Of a stretch of DNA of 64,000 nt, positions 21,108 to 36,100 are shown in pieces; position 1 is the stretch's first letter, and each line of letters starts with the position of its first letter. Source of the stretch: Aplysia californica (taxonomy: Eukaryota); contig NW_004798220.1 of NCBI RefSeq assembly GCF_000002075.1, positions 17,581 to 81,580 on the forward strand, written 5' to 3'. Both the position numbers and the translations under genes were made by a program. The notes beneath the pieces were generated by a model. That model was given only the letters and a program-made list of their open reading frames with translations. It was not told where the DNA came from and made no database searches.

Positions 21108-24100
21108 CTGAAAAAGAAATCGAAATAACCACAGTGAATAAATGTACCGGTACTTTAAAATATCATGGGAGCAGTTAAAACTGTTAGAAAAACTATTGTG
21201 AGCAGTGAAAGTTTTATTGTTCGAGACTTCGCACAAGTGAACACTTCCACTGTAAAAGATGAAGATACCTTTAACCCACTTAGCGCTAAGCAATTTTTAC
21301 TATTACTTCCCTTCAGTGCTGGGTTTGTTTTAGAAAAATGCTAATTTTAAACATGATAATAAAAAAAAGTTCATATCTTTCTTATTTATCATAATTTCAA
21401 ATTACAGTAAGAAGGAAAAATATGTCTAGTCAGATGTGCTTTTTTTGTGATGTTGTAGTTGGTATCAAAATGCTCATCATTTTTAGTCCAGCCTGCATGG
21501 AGATCAGCAGGAATATCGAAGTCCCCTTCTGGGCTGTAACTCGCTAGATCTACGATATATCCCCATCATTCACGTGTAAATTTTTTATTTGAGGACCTAA
21601 TCCTTCAAACTCTTCATCACTGTCGTCCAATTTCAGAAAAATGATGGGCAAATCTGTGTATAAATCAGCTGATGAATCCGACATTTTGAAAACTAAACAA
21701 TGTCCCAGAAAATTGCCGATAAAAACTCCCAACTGACCACCGACTGCCAAATGCCCGGCCAACGGCACTAATAAACGTTGCACTGGTGGACTGTAGACAT
21801 CACCAGTTCAAAAAATGGTTATTCTCATGTCAGCCGTATAGTTTCTACACTCATGTCGGATCACGGCTGGTGGTCGCGATGCGTACGGAAGGGAGGTATG
21901 AGTCATCATGACCACTGGTCGAGATGCGCATGCAGAGGGTTAATAGACAAACAAGGGAGGAACATTTTTTTTTTCCAAAAAAAATATATATCTTACCAGA
22001 ATCATATCCGGTTGGGCTAAGTTCCCAATTCTCTTTTTAATACCAGCACGCAGTTGAGTCTCAATTTCTTTCTTACCCAAAGTGCGTGTATCCTTCAGGA
22101 CAACGTATGCATAGATACCTGCAAGGCAGAGGAAATAGATTCTCTCATGACGATGATGCAAAAATGCGATAGATAAATGCCGAACTGTCAAAGAATCATA
22201 AGCTCTATCAGGTTTCACCGCAAGTCCTGCCAGGGTTTCAGGCCACAATCTATTCATTTTTTATTACCGAAAAGTCACCTGTCATACTCCTTTACCAATA
22301 TTCATTTGCAGTAATACACTCTCTGTCAGGAACATAGAAGGGGCTTATCAACATGGGGAGAATCCAGAGCCTGGGGAATGAGGTCACTCACACACTGTTA
22401 AGATTTCCTCACTTAAGAATATCCACAAAAGGAAAGGTTAACATTGTACAAATAAAGCTGATCAGATCGTCCAGACGCTGTAACTTGTTTAAATTTCAAA
22501 ATTGATCATTAGAAATGCTGCAAATATATTGTGCCTCAACAGACACAAATTATACAAGTAAAGATCAATAAGATCCTATAAGGCAGGGGCAACCTAAGCT
22601 GTTTGGTAAATATCCAAACAAAAAAAACGTAAACTTGATAAAATGTTTCTCCCATTTAAGAATCCAAAGCACATAATCTGTCTTACGCCAGCAAAACAGA
22701 TAATAACAACGAAAAAAGATGTTAACATTGAACATATACAGATGGACATCAAAGGTCATACATGAGATAAAATTGCCCTAACAATTACAAAATATTATAC
22801 CTTCTCCTTTGATCTCATGAGGAAACCCCACAACAGCTGATTCAGCTACATCAATGTGGTCATCCTGCAAGAGAGAAAAATTCCTCATTTACACCATTCA
22901 ATAAATTTGCTCACCTCTTTATTCACGGAGACTGGGGATTTAAGTGAAAAACAAGCTGACCTTACGCTGTCTCCACAGGTTGTACAAAGAATGTCTGGAA
23001 AATCCAGAACACTGAAGTATTGGCTTTTATACCATCAGCAGACAAATACATCTTTACATTAATTCATTCTTGTTCATGTCTCCCTTCAAAGTCCTAAGGA
23101 TAGATGCACTACGAAAGGAGACGGTCACAGTAGAGGGAAATGCACTAGAAAACATAGAATCCTTCTGCTATCTTGGGAGTATAATTGACAGAGAGGGAGG
23201 AACAGGCGCTGAAATAAAGTCTTGCATTGGAAAGGCACAGACTGCATTTATTTCTTTGAATAGGATTTGGAGGACCAGGGATACCTCACTTATCACATGG
23301 TCAAAGTGAGAATCTTCAACTCAGATGTGAAGTCAGTCTTGAAATGGATGTGAGACGTAGAACGCATCTCAGACGTGCATAAAGAGGATTCAGGTTTTCT
23401 TAAACAAGTGTCTGAGGAAGCTACTGAAGATCAGTTGGGCAGACAGGATCACCAACGAGGAAGTATTAAGAAGAACGAGACAGAGCCCAGTCAGAGATGA
23501 TGTGGGAAGAAGGAGTTGGCGATGGATTGGACACACTTTCAGGAAGTCGCGCAGAAGTCGAGCAGCTGCATAACAAGGAAAGTGTTAGATTGGAACCCAA
23601 AGGGCAAAAGATCAAGGGGAAGACCACGTGGATCCTGGAGAAGAGTCGCAGAAATCGATGTACAGAAAAGTGGGAAGACATGGAGTGACATCAAGCGACT
23701 AGTCCAGGATAGGGAAAGGTGCAAAGTGTTTGTTCGTGGCCTATATCCTGACCCAGGGTGAGAAAGGCAATGATGATGATGTCTCCCTTCAGCCCACAGG
23801 TAGTTTTTTTAATTTGCTTTAGTTAAAAAGAAATACATAAACACAAAAAAGTCAAACATATGGCAGTGTGGTGAAATCAGGCGCTCGTCAAAATAATTAA
23901 ATTGAAGAAACTGGCATTTTTCTGCCAGTTTGGTAATTTTATCGAATTTTTGTTTTTTGGCATAACACCATTGTTGTCCAAAAGAACACATTTCTGGGAT
24001 TTACTGAAAAACGTTGATTAAAGGCACAAAAAATGTAAATTTTCAGTTTCCACGGACTATCAAGCTATGGAAATAACCAAACTTTGGCTACCATTTTCTT

Positions 24101-27100
24101 GCTAATTTTACCTTTGAAACCAGGCGACCCACCTTCTTCAATCTCAAATATCTTGACTTTCATATAAGATAGATGGGCATTTTTTTCACCGATAGCAAGA
24201 CAATAGAACAAGTTTTAAGATAATACCAATAACTCCACATGCCCAAAAATTGACGAGCGCCTGATTCCACAACGTCGTGACACAAACAGTTCTTAGAAAA
24301 AGCAAGATAAACAGAAAGACCAAAAAAAAAAAAAAAATGACATAAATATAGAAAAGGTGCTTTTCAATGCCCGTCCCCCCTCCCCCCCCCCACCCCCTCA
24401 ATACCCCTCCCTTTGCCCCTTTTGCCTAACCAATCCATTTTACCAAAAGTGAATATAGCATGGCTGACTAAATGTTTACTCAGGTAGTAATTTCTATAAC
24501 AACAACAAATTAAAAGCTTTTCACATATGAGCCTTTGCCAATAGGTGGGGGTTTCTATATATAATACCTTACAAAATCCTTCCTATTCCAATAAAAATGG
24601 TGCTTCAGCTTTGAAATTTGTATATGTTGTGCTTAATATGATGTTTCAGCTATGGGAGCAGAGAAATAGCAGTCGGGCCACCAGAAGAAATCTTACAAAT
24701 ATTTTTAGTTCTGAAAACAATGTATTTTTAGAATTCAAAACATGACACTTCGAGTTCATACTTTTTCTGTCATCAAGTTCAACAATGAAGTAATTCCTGA
24801 GAAACTCGTCCTTCTACATTTTTACTACTCTATAATTACACTATTTGTTGTGCTATATCAGGAACAATGATATCTGTAGCTCTTCTTTCTTTGTGAGCCT
24901 TCTAGATTTTAATTTTCGAGCATTACTCGTGTAGTCATTATTTTGCAAGGCAACTTCGATTCCCTGTGACTTCATTTCTATCGACCATTTTGGGGCCCGG
25001 GAACGAGCATAATATTTTATAAGCTCTTCATGCTTATGTTTGAAAATTAAAGCAATAAGAAAGCTTAAAATAATTTTGTATGTTCAAATTCTTTAAAAAA
25101 TGTCATCATAGTTATGTCCGAAAGAACTTGACTTGATGTTATGCAACGCCAGTTACACCTCTTAGTGTGCCATCTGTAGGTCTGTAAAATACATGTTTTT
25201 GTAGGAGGAGATATACATGAATAGAAAAATCCAAGTAAAAATGGAATATTAAAAACTTTATCAACCCTCTGTACTACATTTTAGGTACCCACCTATAGGC
25301 AAAAGCTCATATAAAAAAGACTGAACAAATGGTGCGAAAATAGGAGAAAGGTGGAATTTAGTCTCTCAAATCAAACCCCATGTAACCCCTATTATTTTAA
25401 CAGCTTATGGACCCAGAGGATCACACTCCAACCAGGTTTCATAATGCATACCATAACATCCTCAATCTCAGCTGTCCCAAGACGATGGCCGCTGACGTTA
25501 AGAACATCATCCATGCGACCTGTGATCTGGTAGTAGCCCCCCTTGTGTCTGTGTGCACCATCTCCAGTGTAGTACATGCCTGTGCAGGAGTTGATAGTTG
25601 AAGCACAGGTTCACTTTCATTATTGATACACAATATTACACTATAGATAATGAAACAGCAATTCATTGGCACAATATTACACAATAGATTTATAAACAGC
25701 ATTCATTGGACTTACACACTTTCCAACAATCTAATCATTTATCTTGGAACTCTAAAATAGAATAAAAAGAATGAAAATTAAAGATAAATCAGCAGGTACA
25801 TGATAACACAGGCCCTCAACTGAGTCACTGCAAGCAAAGTACACACTACAGTCTTTCCAAATCAGCACATCTCCGGCAAGGAGCCTTCCTACCTAATATT
25901 TCATAAAAGCACCACGATAGAGTACACTCACATAAATAGAGGCCAGCACACTACATGTCTACCTAAAAATGTCAGACTACAGAAAATCGAAGCTCCCGGC
26001 TTCACAAGCAAGAAAGGCAAACATTTTCAACAGCACAAGTATGTCAAGAATATATATTCTAGTGTACACACATGAATGTAGACCTAAACTGTAAACTGAC
26101 TGGAACATCACATAAAATTAGAAGAAGACAACCATCACACACTCTGAGGCATATCAGTGAGACAAAACCAGACGAACGGAAATTTAAATATTGCCTACAC
26201 ATAACACAAAGAAATGCTTTTTTACAACTTGAATGGAAAGCTGTAATACAAAAGCACTATCCCACAAAAGAGAAAAGTTCTCTAAACACATCAATAATAG
26301 TACATAGAGGATGAACTGGGGATAAGGATGAACAAAATTCTGTGACCTCTAAAAAGTGGACATCCTCAGATCCATGGAAAGTTGCAATCACTGAAATATA
26401 TAGTACCATTCCTCACCTGGCATAGGCTTGAAGTATGTCTCAAAATATCGCTGATGATCACCATGGATGGTCCTGGCAATGCCCGGCCACGGGCGGCGAA
26501 TGCACAGAGCTCCCTCACAGTCCTCCCCGGTCACTTCTGCACCCTAGAAAAGTGCACACATTTATTTATGTAAATATTAACACCCAGGAACACGCAAAAA
26601 CAACTATATCGGGGAAACACATCAATGATTAGACCACAATTGTACGGATACAAAATAAGACCACAAGTCATGACAGTATTAGCATTTAAAAAACTATTTC
26701 TTAGTATCATTGAGCAACAGAAACCTTCTTTATTTTTCCTTCAATTGATTTAATATGATGCCAGCCTGATCAAACAGGATAAATAAAGGACTATAAGAAT
26801 AAATGAAAGGGAAACTTTCTTTCAGACAACTGTACACAAAACTTCATTTCCACCTTTACGGCTGTCAAAAAGTCTGAAGGTGCAGGAACTCTAAAATATC
26901 GGAAAAGCAGTACAAAGCAGATGATGACCACTTCATCATTGCAAATATTTTCTGTTGAAAACAGACGGTACTGCACAATCTCACATACTAAACATCATCA
27001 AAGAGAAAAGTGCAACTCCTGGCTCTCAATTTAATTGAAACGTCTAGGATCTGTCTGAAGAATCAACAACTCACTCATTATCAACACCCCCAGCAGGCCT

Positions 27101-30100
27101 ACACTGTTGTGGGAACAGACCTGCCCTCTATGACCAAAAATAGGAGTTTTCCTCAAAATCCTCCCTATAAATCAGAGTTGGGGGGGGGGGTATCAGAAGC
27201 TCCAGAACCCCATTATTACATTATGAACTGATCGCAACAATTAAACATGTTTATAAATAATTTTTAAAATAAAAATGTGTATTTTTAAGTAGCACAAATA
27301 TTGCAAATGCGCACCGTTATACAGAAGAACTCGTATTCAACAAAGTTGTTGGGCCTGACCTTCAATTTCATTGAAACCAAGTGTTCGTTATCGCAAATAT
27401 GAGCTTTTGTGTAGATAATTACAGGCATCAAGCAAGTAATGTATAATGCATTCGGCTTTCTTCATCGAAGTAGTTTGGTTTCAAATGAGAGGCGTTTTGG
27501 TTTCTTTGATACCAAAAAAATGCTGGAAAATTCTAGGAAAATATACTGAACTCTACCAAGCACACACTGTGCAAAAGGACTGAATCGTTCAAATGCACGT
27601 CCGTATCATCTATCATCTATAAGGTATTACCTGTCCTGGGCAACAACGTCTTTGCACACCAGACAGGTCCATAAGTGCTCAGTTCCTCCCAGCACCAAAG
27701 TCCGCAAGGTATCCATACTGATTGTTCCGGTGGATGTTTGATTATGGCGACGTCTTTCCTTTCCAGATAATCCTTCCTTTCTTCCTTCTCCCCTCTCTAT
27801 GCCCATTTCCCGCATTCTAATGATTGCATGGTGTTCTGCTGTCTCCCTGTCTTCCTCATCCTGGAACTTTTACTCCAGGGTCTTCAACACTTCTCCTTTG
27901 TCAAATTTCACCTAACCATCAACCACGGCACTGCCTGCCAGCCTATCAGCCTCCTCATTGCCCTTCACTCCAGAGTGCCCAGGACAGAATATCCACGTGA
28001 TGGCTGTAAGTGATGAGTGTTGTATTGGGTTTATCCATTCACTCCGAAGCAGCCCTTTCCCAACCCTTCGCAGGATGCTCTAGGAGTCTGTGACAATAAT
28101 GAGACGGGTAGTTCTTGGTCTTGTATTTCAATCTTCATTTTCATGCTTGGAGTTGTTCTTTCTATGGCCCCTGACATGCTATGAACCTTTTTGTTCCCAC
28201 TGTACACCACAAAACCCCACCCACTTCTCTCACCCCTCTCGACTGATCCATCCGTATAGATCACTGGGTCCTCTGGCTTGGAATGCTCCTCAATTAACTG
28301 TTGTATGTCATTGTCGTTAATAACAGCAGCACATTCCCGTCTTTCACCACCCATAGTGATGTGAACGTTGGCCAGGCTTCTGCAATCAGGGCTCAGTTCA
28401 AATCATTCCTTTCCACAGCATATTGTTTGCCAAACAAGTTATGATACTGTGTAGAGCCTAGCATACGGAAACGTTTGACTCCAAAGTGTAGCACATAATT
28501 CATTTCGTGAATCTATGTCAAGATTAGCCCTATCACTGTAATATTGATCAGTAGCCGTGAAAAAAATAACTATGTCGCATTTGTATCTCTACTGACGTTC
28601 CACGCCCGGACCGCTAGTGCCCCCCCTCCCATCCCCCTAATCACACGCACACACAGTCACACGTCATACGTGTGCTGGCCCCCGTCCGACACCGACACAT
28701 ACAAAGACATGGGTGCCTGTGAACAACGCATGTGTTGGTATGAAAGGAGGCCGCTGATTGGACGCATAGAGCAGTTCACCCTGGAAGCGACTTTGCTGAC
28801 TCCTTGCTTGCTCATTTATGTGTTCGTTGAATCTGAATTATTTTTACTGGTTTTATGGATAAAAAAAGGGGAATCCAACGCCCTACGTTGAATAGGAGTT
28901 TGTTGAAACCGAATTCCACTGCATAATGTGTATTTTAAAGTGATTTACGATAAGTTGCATATGACCCATGACCAAGGAATTGAAGGGAAAAATCAGATTT
29001 TACGCAAATCCGGGTTCTTAAACAGGTTAAAGAATATCAGAGGGCTCAGATTTTATTAAAGTAATTGTCACATTTGTCAGTACTTCAGGGGAAGAGAGAG
29101 AAGAAATGGTCCAGTAACCTCAATGTCAGCCCTAATTCAGTCTACAATTGGCACTTAAAATAATTTTTTTGTTTCTAAAGTCACAAAGTTAACATTCCCT
29201 ACGATGGAATTTAGTTCTTTTCCCATGACTAAGTCTAAGGATAAACTGCAAAAGTGACCTCAGTCTAAAGGAACATTTCACTCATATAGCTCATTTTTTT
29301 CAGCTGCGTGTAACTTCTGTCTGGTCCATGGTGTAAAATTCGTACTTAATACATAAAAGATACACATTCAACAAAAACAATCCGCAAAACCCAACGTTGG
29401 CAATTTGAAATGAGCAGGCCAAATGAAAGATCTAAACCGAAATGGCACTTGAAATTTTATTCAAAATCGTAACTAGCTGAGAAGAAGAGGAAAAAAATAA
29501 AAGAGAGGCTCACTTGTGTATCAACCAAGGCCAAGTCAATCCCCAGCATCGGGCGCATGGGCATCCCTGGTCGGATCTCTGCACCAGGCTCTGATGGTCG
29601 TGGACTAATACAAATGCCACCCGTCTCTGCCAGAATAAAAGGAAAATATTTTTTAAAACAACAAAATAACGTTACTTTCAGCCCTCACAGCGATTGTGAA
29701 ACAACTTTGTGTACCCAGGTAGATAGCGCGATTTTGTACCAAATGCCTTCACATACGGTACAAAAACTTGGCAAAACAAAGACACTATCACTAAGTGGAG
29801 ACACCGAAACACTCTCTGAAAATCCCAGAATCAATAATCCACATAAAATCTAACTTGTGTACAAATGAATATAATTATAATTTACCCATTCAAGTGCTAA
29901 TTTAATGTACTACCGGAAATGTAACTAACCAAAGGGTCAAAGGAACAGTTGTACGTACCTGTCTGCCACCATGTGTCTATGATGTCACATCTTTTCTCCC
30001 CAACAACATTGTAGTACCACTCCCAGGCTTCACTATTTAGGGGCTCACCAACTGGAAACATAAAATAGCCATGGGGTACCAACATAATCCATGAAACAAA

Positions 30101-33100
30101 AAGGCCAGCTTAAGCACATAATAGGAATGCATGTACAAAATCTCCAAATGTCAGGACTGTAAATGAACCACTTTAAAGTTAAAGCTGTGTAGTTTATATG
30201 GCCCACTAAACCTGGCAGTGGGATAAGGATTTGTTTTCCCGATGGAAGTTCTTATGAGTCTTTTGACGCAAATAGATCTTTATGTTCAAACTCTGAAGGA
30301 GAACTTCTAGGAATTCAAGCTACCTTAAAGCACTTACACAACATTTTTAAAACTGACTTGACATCCTTTAAAAAAATATTGCTGTTTTCAGTGATTCCAC
30401 ATCAGCCTTGCAGACTAAGAAAAACTGTGAGACAGACAGTGAGGAAGTCCACCACATCATTTTAACAGCTGACCATCTTCTCTTCTCCTCTGCTGTAATA
30501 GGCAGTGCCCATTGAAGGATCAGTTCAGTTCAGTCCGGTCCAGTCTGAATTGGTTCGGTTTGATTTCTGCCTGCTTCAGTGCACACAATAGACTGACCCC
30601 TGCCTCAAACCGATTGCCCGACTCGCGTACTTGAGAACCAACGTGTTAGTTCTAGAAGGTCATCGTCGTTTTGTGCTACCCTTGACAACCAAACCGAACT
30701 GAACCAAACAGATCTGATCCTGCCAACGGGCACTGGATATAAGGCTTGCTCTACAGTAGATCCCAGGACAAACAAACACTTCCAGTAAAATCAATGCAGA
30801 CACACTAACCAAAAAAGGATCCCATCTAGAAAAAACAATCAAACCAAGACCATTCAAAACAACAAAAATCATCGAGGAAAACTGCAGAGAAAAATTAATG
30901 AAATGATGGCAAATTTATTATCACATGAGCAAGGTGAACTGAACTCACAGCATAAATGCCCTCAACAGAAGGGAACCAACAACTAAACAGAATCAACCCG
31001 GGAAAAAAACACCCATGTCCTTGCATTGCGACCATGTCTACAAAACAGTCCGATATCTCCTCTTCGAATGGCCCAAAGTACAGGATCTTCAAGAGAAGCT
31101 TATTCTTCCATTCCCCTCCAGTACCTTATACTGCAGCAAAGAACAAATGTCGAAAACACTATTATTATTTTACCCATGGCATTGAACCGAAGGGCACATG
31201 CTAAAAGGCTACTGGACTGACAACAATAACAACATATGGTCCACTAATTACAACAGAAACATAAAAGGAAGAGTAAGCTGTAAAACTCAGGAAAAGTATT
31301 TATCTTTTAAACCAAACTGCAGAACATATTGTTCTTCATATAAAGTACATGAAGATATTACAAGTGCTTAATCACAAACTTCCAAAGCAAAAAAGTATTT
31401 ATGCAAAGAAAGAAGAAACTTAGCTACAGCAAGAATTTTTCTGACAAAACAGGACATAGTAAATATTCCATTAGAATGTCAAATGTCGAAGGCCAAAATG
31501 TATATTTCTCCACATAGATAACTGTTGATTCAAGTCAGTCTCCAAAGAAACAACAAACTGAACATAATTTCTAGACACGGTACATTTCTTGAGCATAAAT
31601 GATAAGACAAAGTTGATAATCATTCTTTAAAAAGTACATCAAGGTTTCAGAAGTGCAAATCTTTCTCAGTTTTGGTTGTAAACATGTAAACAATTTACAA
31701 CAATCCTTTACGTAAAATAAAAAAACAATTATGCCATATTTGTCATTCAATGCTGAGGAAAAGAAGAAACAACAAGATGCATTCTAAAGAAGCAGGACAT
31801 ATAATGGGTGCCCACCAACAAATAATGATGGCATTTTTATTACACATAAAAACAATGTGTCCATAGTGAAAAATAACAAATGAGATCTTTCAGCTACTAC
31901 TCTTTAAACTGTCAAGTTTAGATTCTGAAAAATCCTCAACAATCACCAAAACCTATAGAGTGGAACTCGGATTCAACGAGGTCGGCGGACCTGACCTAAA
32001 ATCTCGTTGAATCCAAGTGTTCGTTATAGCAAACACGAGGTTTTGAGTAGATAATTACAGGCACTGAGCAAGTAATGTAGAAAGATATAAAATGCACACG
32101 CCTGTGTCATCTGGATTGTTTACCAAAAAGTTGTATTGCTGTGTACAGCCTAGCATACGGCAACTTTTGATTCCATAGACTAGCGCACAATTCAATAGAT
32201 CTACGTAGATTTAAGTCAAGACTAGCTTATCATTGTAATAATGATCAGTTGCCGAGGGAAAAAAAAAGACTGTGACGCGTTTGTATCTGCGACGTTCAAC
32301 GCCCGGACTGCGAGTGCCCCCCCCCCCCCCCCTGACACGCACACACAGCCACACGTGTGCAAGCCGCGCATCTGACCCCGATACAAGCCACAGTAGACAC
32401 GTGCACGTGCCAACAACGCATGTGTTGGTATAAAAAAAGGCAAATGATTTGTTGCATGCAATCGGGTAAGTGAATAATGGTTCATGATGCAGGTGCAATG
32501 GATGGTTTCCGGGAATAGATAAAGTTCGTTCTGGGAGAAAAATGAGCGAAGCCACGCCTGCGGGGTCTGTTCACCCTGGAAGCGACCTCGTTGAATCCGA
32601 GCTCGCTGGTATAAGTGTTCGTTGAATCCGGGTTATTTTTATTGATTTCAAAGAAGAAAAAAAACGGGGTGAATCCGGTTTATTTTTATTGATTTTAAAG
32701 AAGAAAAAAAACGGGGAACCTATCTCATCTCATTGAATCCGAGTTCTCGTTGAATCCGAGCTCGTTGAATCCGAGTTCCACTGTACACCAAAATTCTAAG
32801 CAGTAAATATGAACTGCATTACTCACCACATCCCAATTTGCGCAAACTTGACCTATCGTATTTTTTCACATACTCATCTCCAGCTTTCAACAACATACGC
32901 AATGAAGTTGGAGCCAGGTATATGTGATCCAGCTTGAGCCTCTCGACCATCTCCCAATAGCGACCTAAAGCATGACACAGGTAAAAACTCAATACACATC
33001 TTCATGGCATTTTTGCAAGATTTGAATTTTCCCTTTAACAAAATAAATAAGTAAACAATCCTCAAAAATTTTTTCAAGTCGCAGTTTAACTATATTCAGC

Positions 33101-36100
33101 TTTCACAACTATCCTTCCCTTAAAGCAAGCTAGTCGGAGACAATTAATGGACCAACAAGAGATGTGAGAGCGGTTTTCTTCACCAAGCATTGTCCATGCG
33201 GACCATAACCTCCAGTACTCATTAATCTCAAACATGAAAAGACAATGTAAAACAAAAAGCCATGTTACCAATCATTAGGGGGAAAAAATGGAAATTTTTA
33301 TAGATCTCCTTGTGGAAATTTGAGTTACAGTAGCAGTGAAAATGAGCATATACATAAATTTAGAGGTTACATGAAAACCACATGTTACACAATATGAGGA
33401 TATAGACAATAGGAACACGCCAGTGCTGGTCATCACAGCCCAGCATCCTGCTTTTCTAGATAAGGGGGACAAATCCTGCACAGGGAAACACTCAACCAAC
33501 CGTTCACCAAGAATGTTCTGTTCCTAACATTGCTTAACATTATTCATGAGCTCAGTAACTACTCAACCACTGCAGTACACGTATCTACTACTGACTACAC
33601 ACCTCCAGCTGTTAGTCAGGACAGCACACTCAAACAATTCACACTTACAGTGCCACAGGCTCATATAACGGGAAAAACTCTCAAGTACTGCACTAGCTTC
33701 GAAAGCTGAAGCCATGGTAGAATTTATAAGAACTTTTAAAAACCTGCACTTCCCAAGAAACACGCTTTGAATTAAGTTTCATCAACCATTCAGCCATCAC
33801 GACACAGAGTGACTTCCTTAGGTATTTACTTTAGTGAAATAGCTCCGTTCGTTGTTTAAATATGTTAAGTGTGCTTGGTTGAGTTGGCAACTAAAGCCGC
33901 CAGCAGTAATGAACGCATACTACGGCCTGGCGACAAAAGCGCTAAATGTGTTAAGAATTTAGTGACTTTCTCAAATGTTGAAAACAACATATTTGATAAT
34001 ATTGAGACTGATGCTTTCAACTATATATCTTTCATACCCCATTTGCACATCTAATTTTGTCTCCTGTCAAAAAATAAAAGTGTAGATTTGACACAGTGCA
34101 TGGATGAGGCTGGATGCATCCCTGGCACACAAAGTGAAAGCAGTATGTATGGGGAAACCCACTGGAGGAGTGTTAGGTACAGGACATTACTTCAGCTTTA
34201 AATTTGACTTCAAGAGAAATGCCATTGATAAGAAATATTGTACCTGGATCTGGATACAAAGGAGTGCTCTCAAAGAGCAATGTTGTTCCCCCATTGGACA
34301 GTGGTCCATACAACGCATAGCTATGACCAGTGATCCATCCAATGTCAGCCACACAACCAAATATTTCACCGGGGTTGTAGTCAAATGCATGCTGAGATGA
34401 AATAATATCACATATTTTAGGGAACTGATAGAAATAACACACTTTTATAAATCACTAGCCGCGTGATTCAACCGCTTAAGTGCCAAGCGACAAATTTTTC
34501 AGGAGAAGCAGAAAACTTTTATTTCTGTATTGTCAGTAGGCTCCTCCAGGAAGTTACTGACACAAGAAGTTTAGAAGAGAATTCATGGGCAATCAATGGA
34601 CCTTCTCCTTGGTGCCAACCAGGACACTTCATATCTTTAGTTACCAAATTTAAAAAAAAATAGACAGCTAATTTGGTCCTGTTACGACATAGTGCCGCAG
34701 ATGCGTTCAATACCATACTAATAAATCCGCTTCTAAGTGCAAGCACACTTGACATAATGTGGTCCCATCCACCGGGTTATGTGCAAGCTTCTTGTTAGAT
34801 TTTTTCTCCTACCGTGCATACATCACATTGATCCTTCCGACATTTATACAACAACATGTTGCTCTTTTATATCTCTCTAAAGTCGTCTGGGACAATGTGT
34901 GACTCTTTCCGTTTGCTTTGGTACTCTCTATAAAGGCCTCTGAGGGTTTGAAAGTGTTAATAAAGATAGACTTTGCCTGTATTCTGTCTATAGTAATGGG
35001 AAAGCAACTTTGTCAAGTTTGTCAAAGAATTGCTTATCAAAAAATTGCTTGTCCTCTTCTGCTCTCTGGTAATTTGACAATCGCGGAGTTCCATCTCCAA
35101 TTCATGTAAACTGTCTAGGCAACAGTCACGAATAACCACTGTGAGAGGACAGCTGTGTTCAAACTTATTGTTTTGCATGTAGGTAAAATGTATGAGATGT
35201 GTGTCAAATTAAAGTGTAGAGCTGGAGAATTGAATTTGAAGGTTTGTTGAAGAGAGAATTTTCGGGGTGAATATTATGTTTATGGGTTGCTTTTTTTTTC
35301 CGAGAGACAAATTAAGTATCATCTACCTGGAACATTAATCAATGATTCAAGAATGACACATGACAGACACAGCAAGGGGCGCACACTTAAAGTAAATGAG
35401 GAAACGCAAAAAGTCGTGATAAAAATATTTTCCAATAGTTGTGCCGAATATGAAACAAACGCCCCTTACCAGTCAATTAAAAACTTTTTTTTTTAAATCA
35501 TTCGTTAGTAGCTTTTGCCACAACATACCCACTTGGTCATATAAAATAAGATCTGCCCCAACAATTTCCATTTTCAAAAATCAGCTGAAGCATTTTTTAT
35601 TCACAAAAGCATACCTGTCTTAATGATGTACTGTGATATATATATGCATGTGTACGCCAGTCTGTGAGACTGAAGAAATAGCGTGTGAGACTGAANNNNN
35701 NNNNNNNNNNNNNNNNNNNNNNNNNNNNNNNNNNNNNNNNNNNNNNNNNNNNNNNNNNNNNNNNNNNNNNNNNNNNNNNNNNNNNNNNNNNNNNNNNNNN
35801 NNNNNNNNNNNNNNNNNNNNNNNNNNNNNNNNNNNNNNNNNNNNNNNNNNNNNNNNNNNNNNNNNNNNNNNNNNNNNNNNNNNNNNNNNNNTATAGAATT
35901 AATGTTTTAAAGAATGTTTCTAGTTACTCACGTTTCAACTTTATTGTGACCGTTCGTGAATTTTTATTGCATTGTTTTTTTTAGTGAACACATTTTCAAC
36001 CTCACTGCGAGACTATTTTTCTCATATAAAATTGTACACATATGCATTTATATTATATGTATAATACGTTGTTTTATGTACGCACTTGTCGATTAATCTT

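Noticed and set aside
25628-25710. Short local tandem duplications (also near 38570-38690, 49660-49693, 56911-56984 and 63762-63815)
   Set aside because: Ordinary slippage or repair duplications in introns with no further structure.
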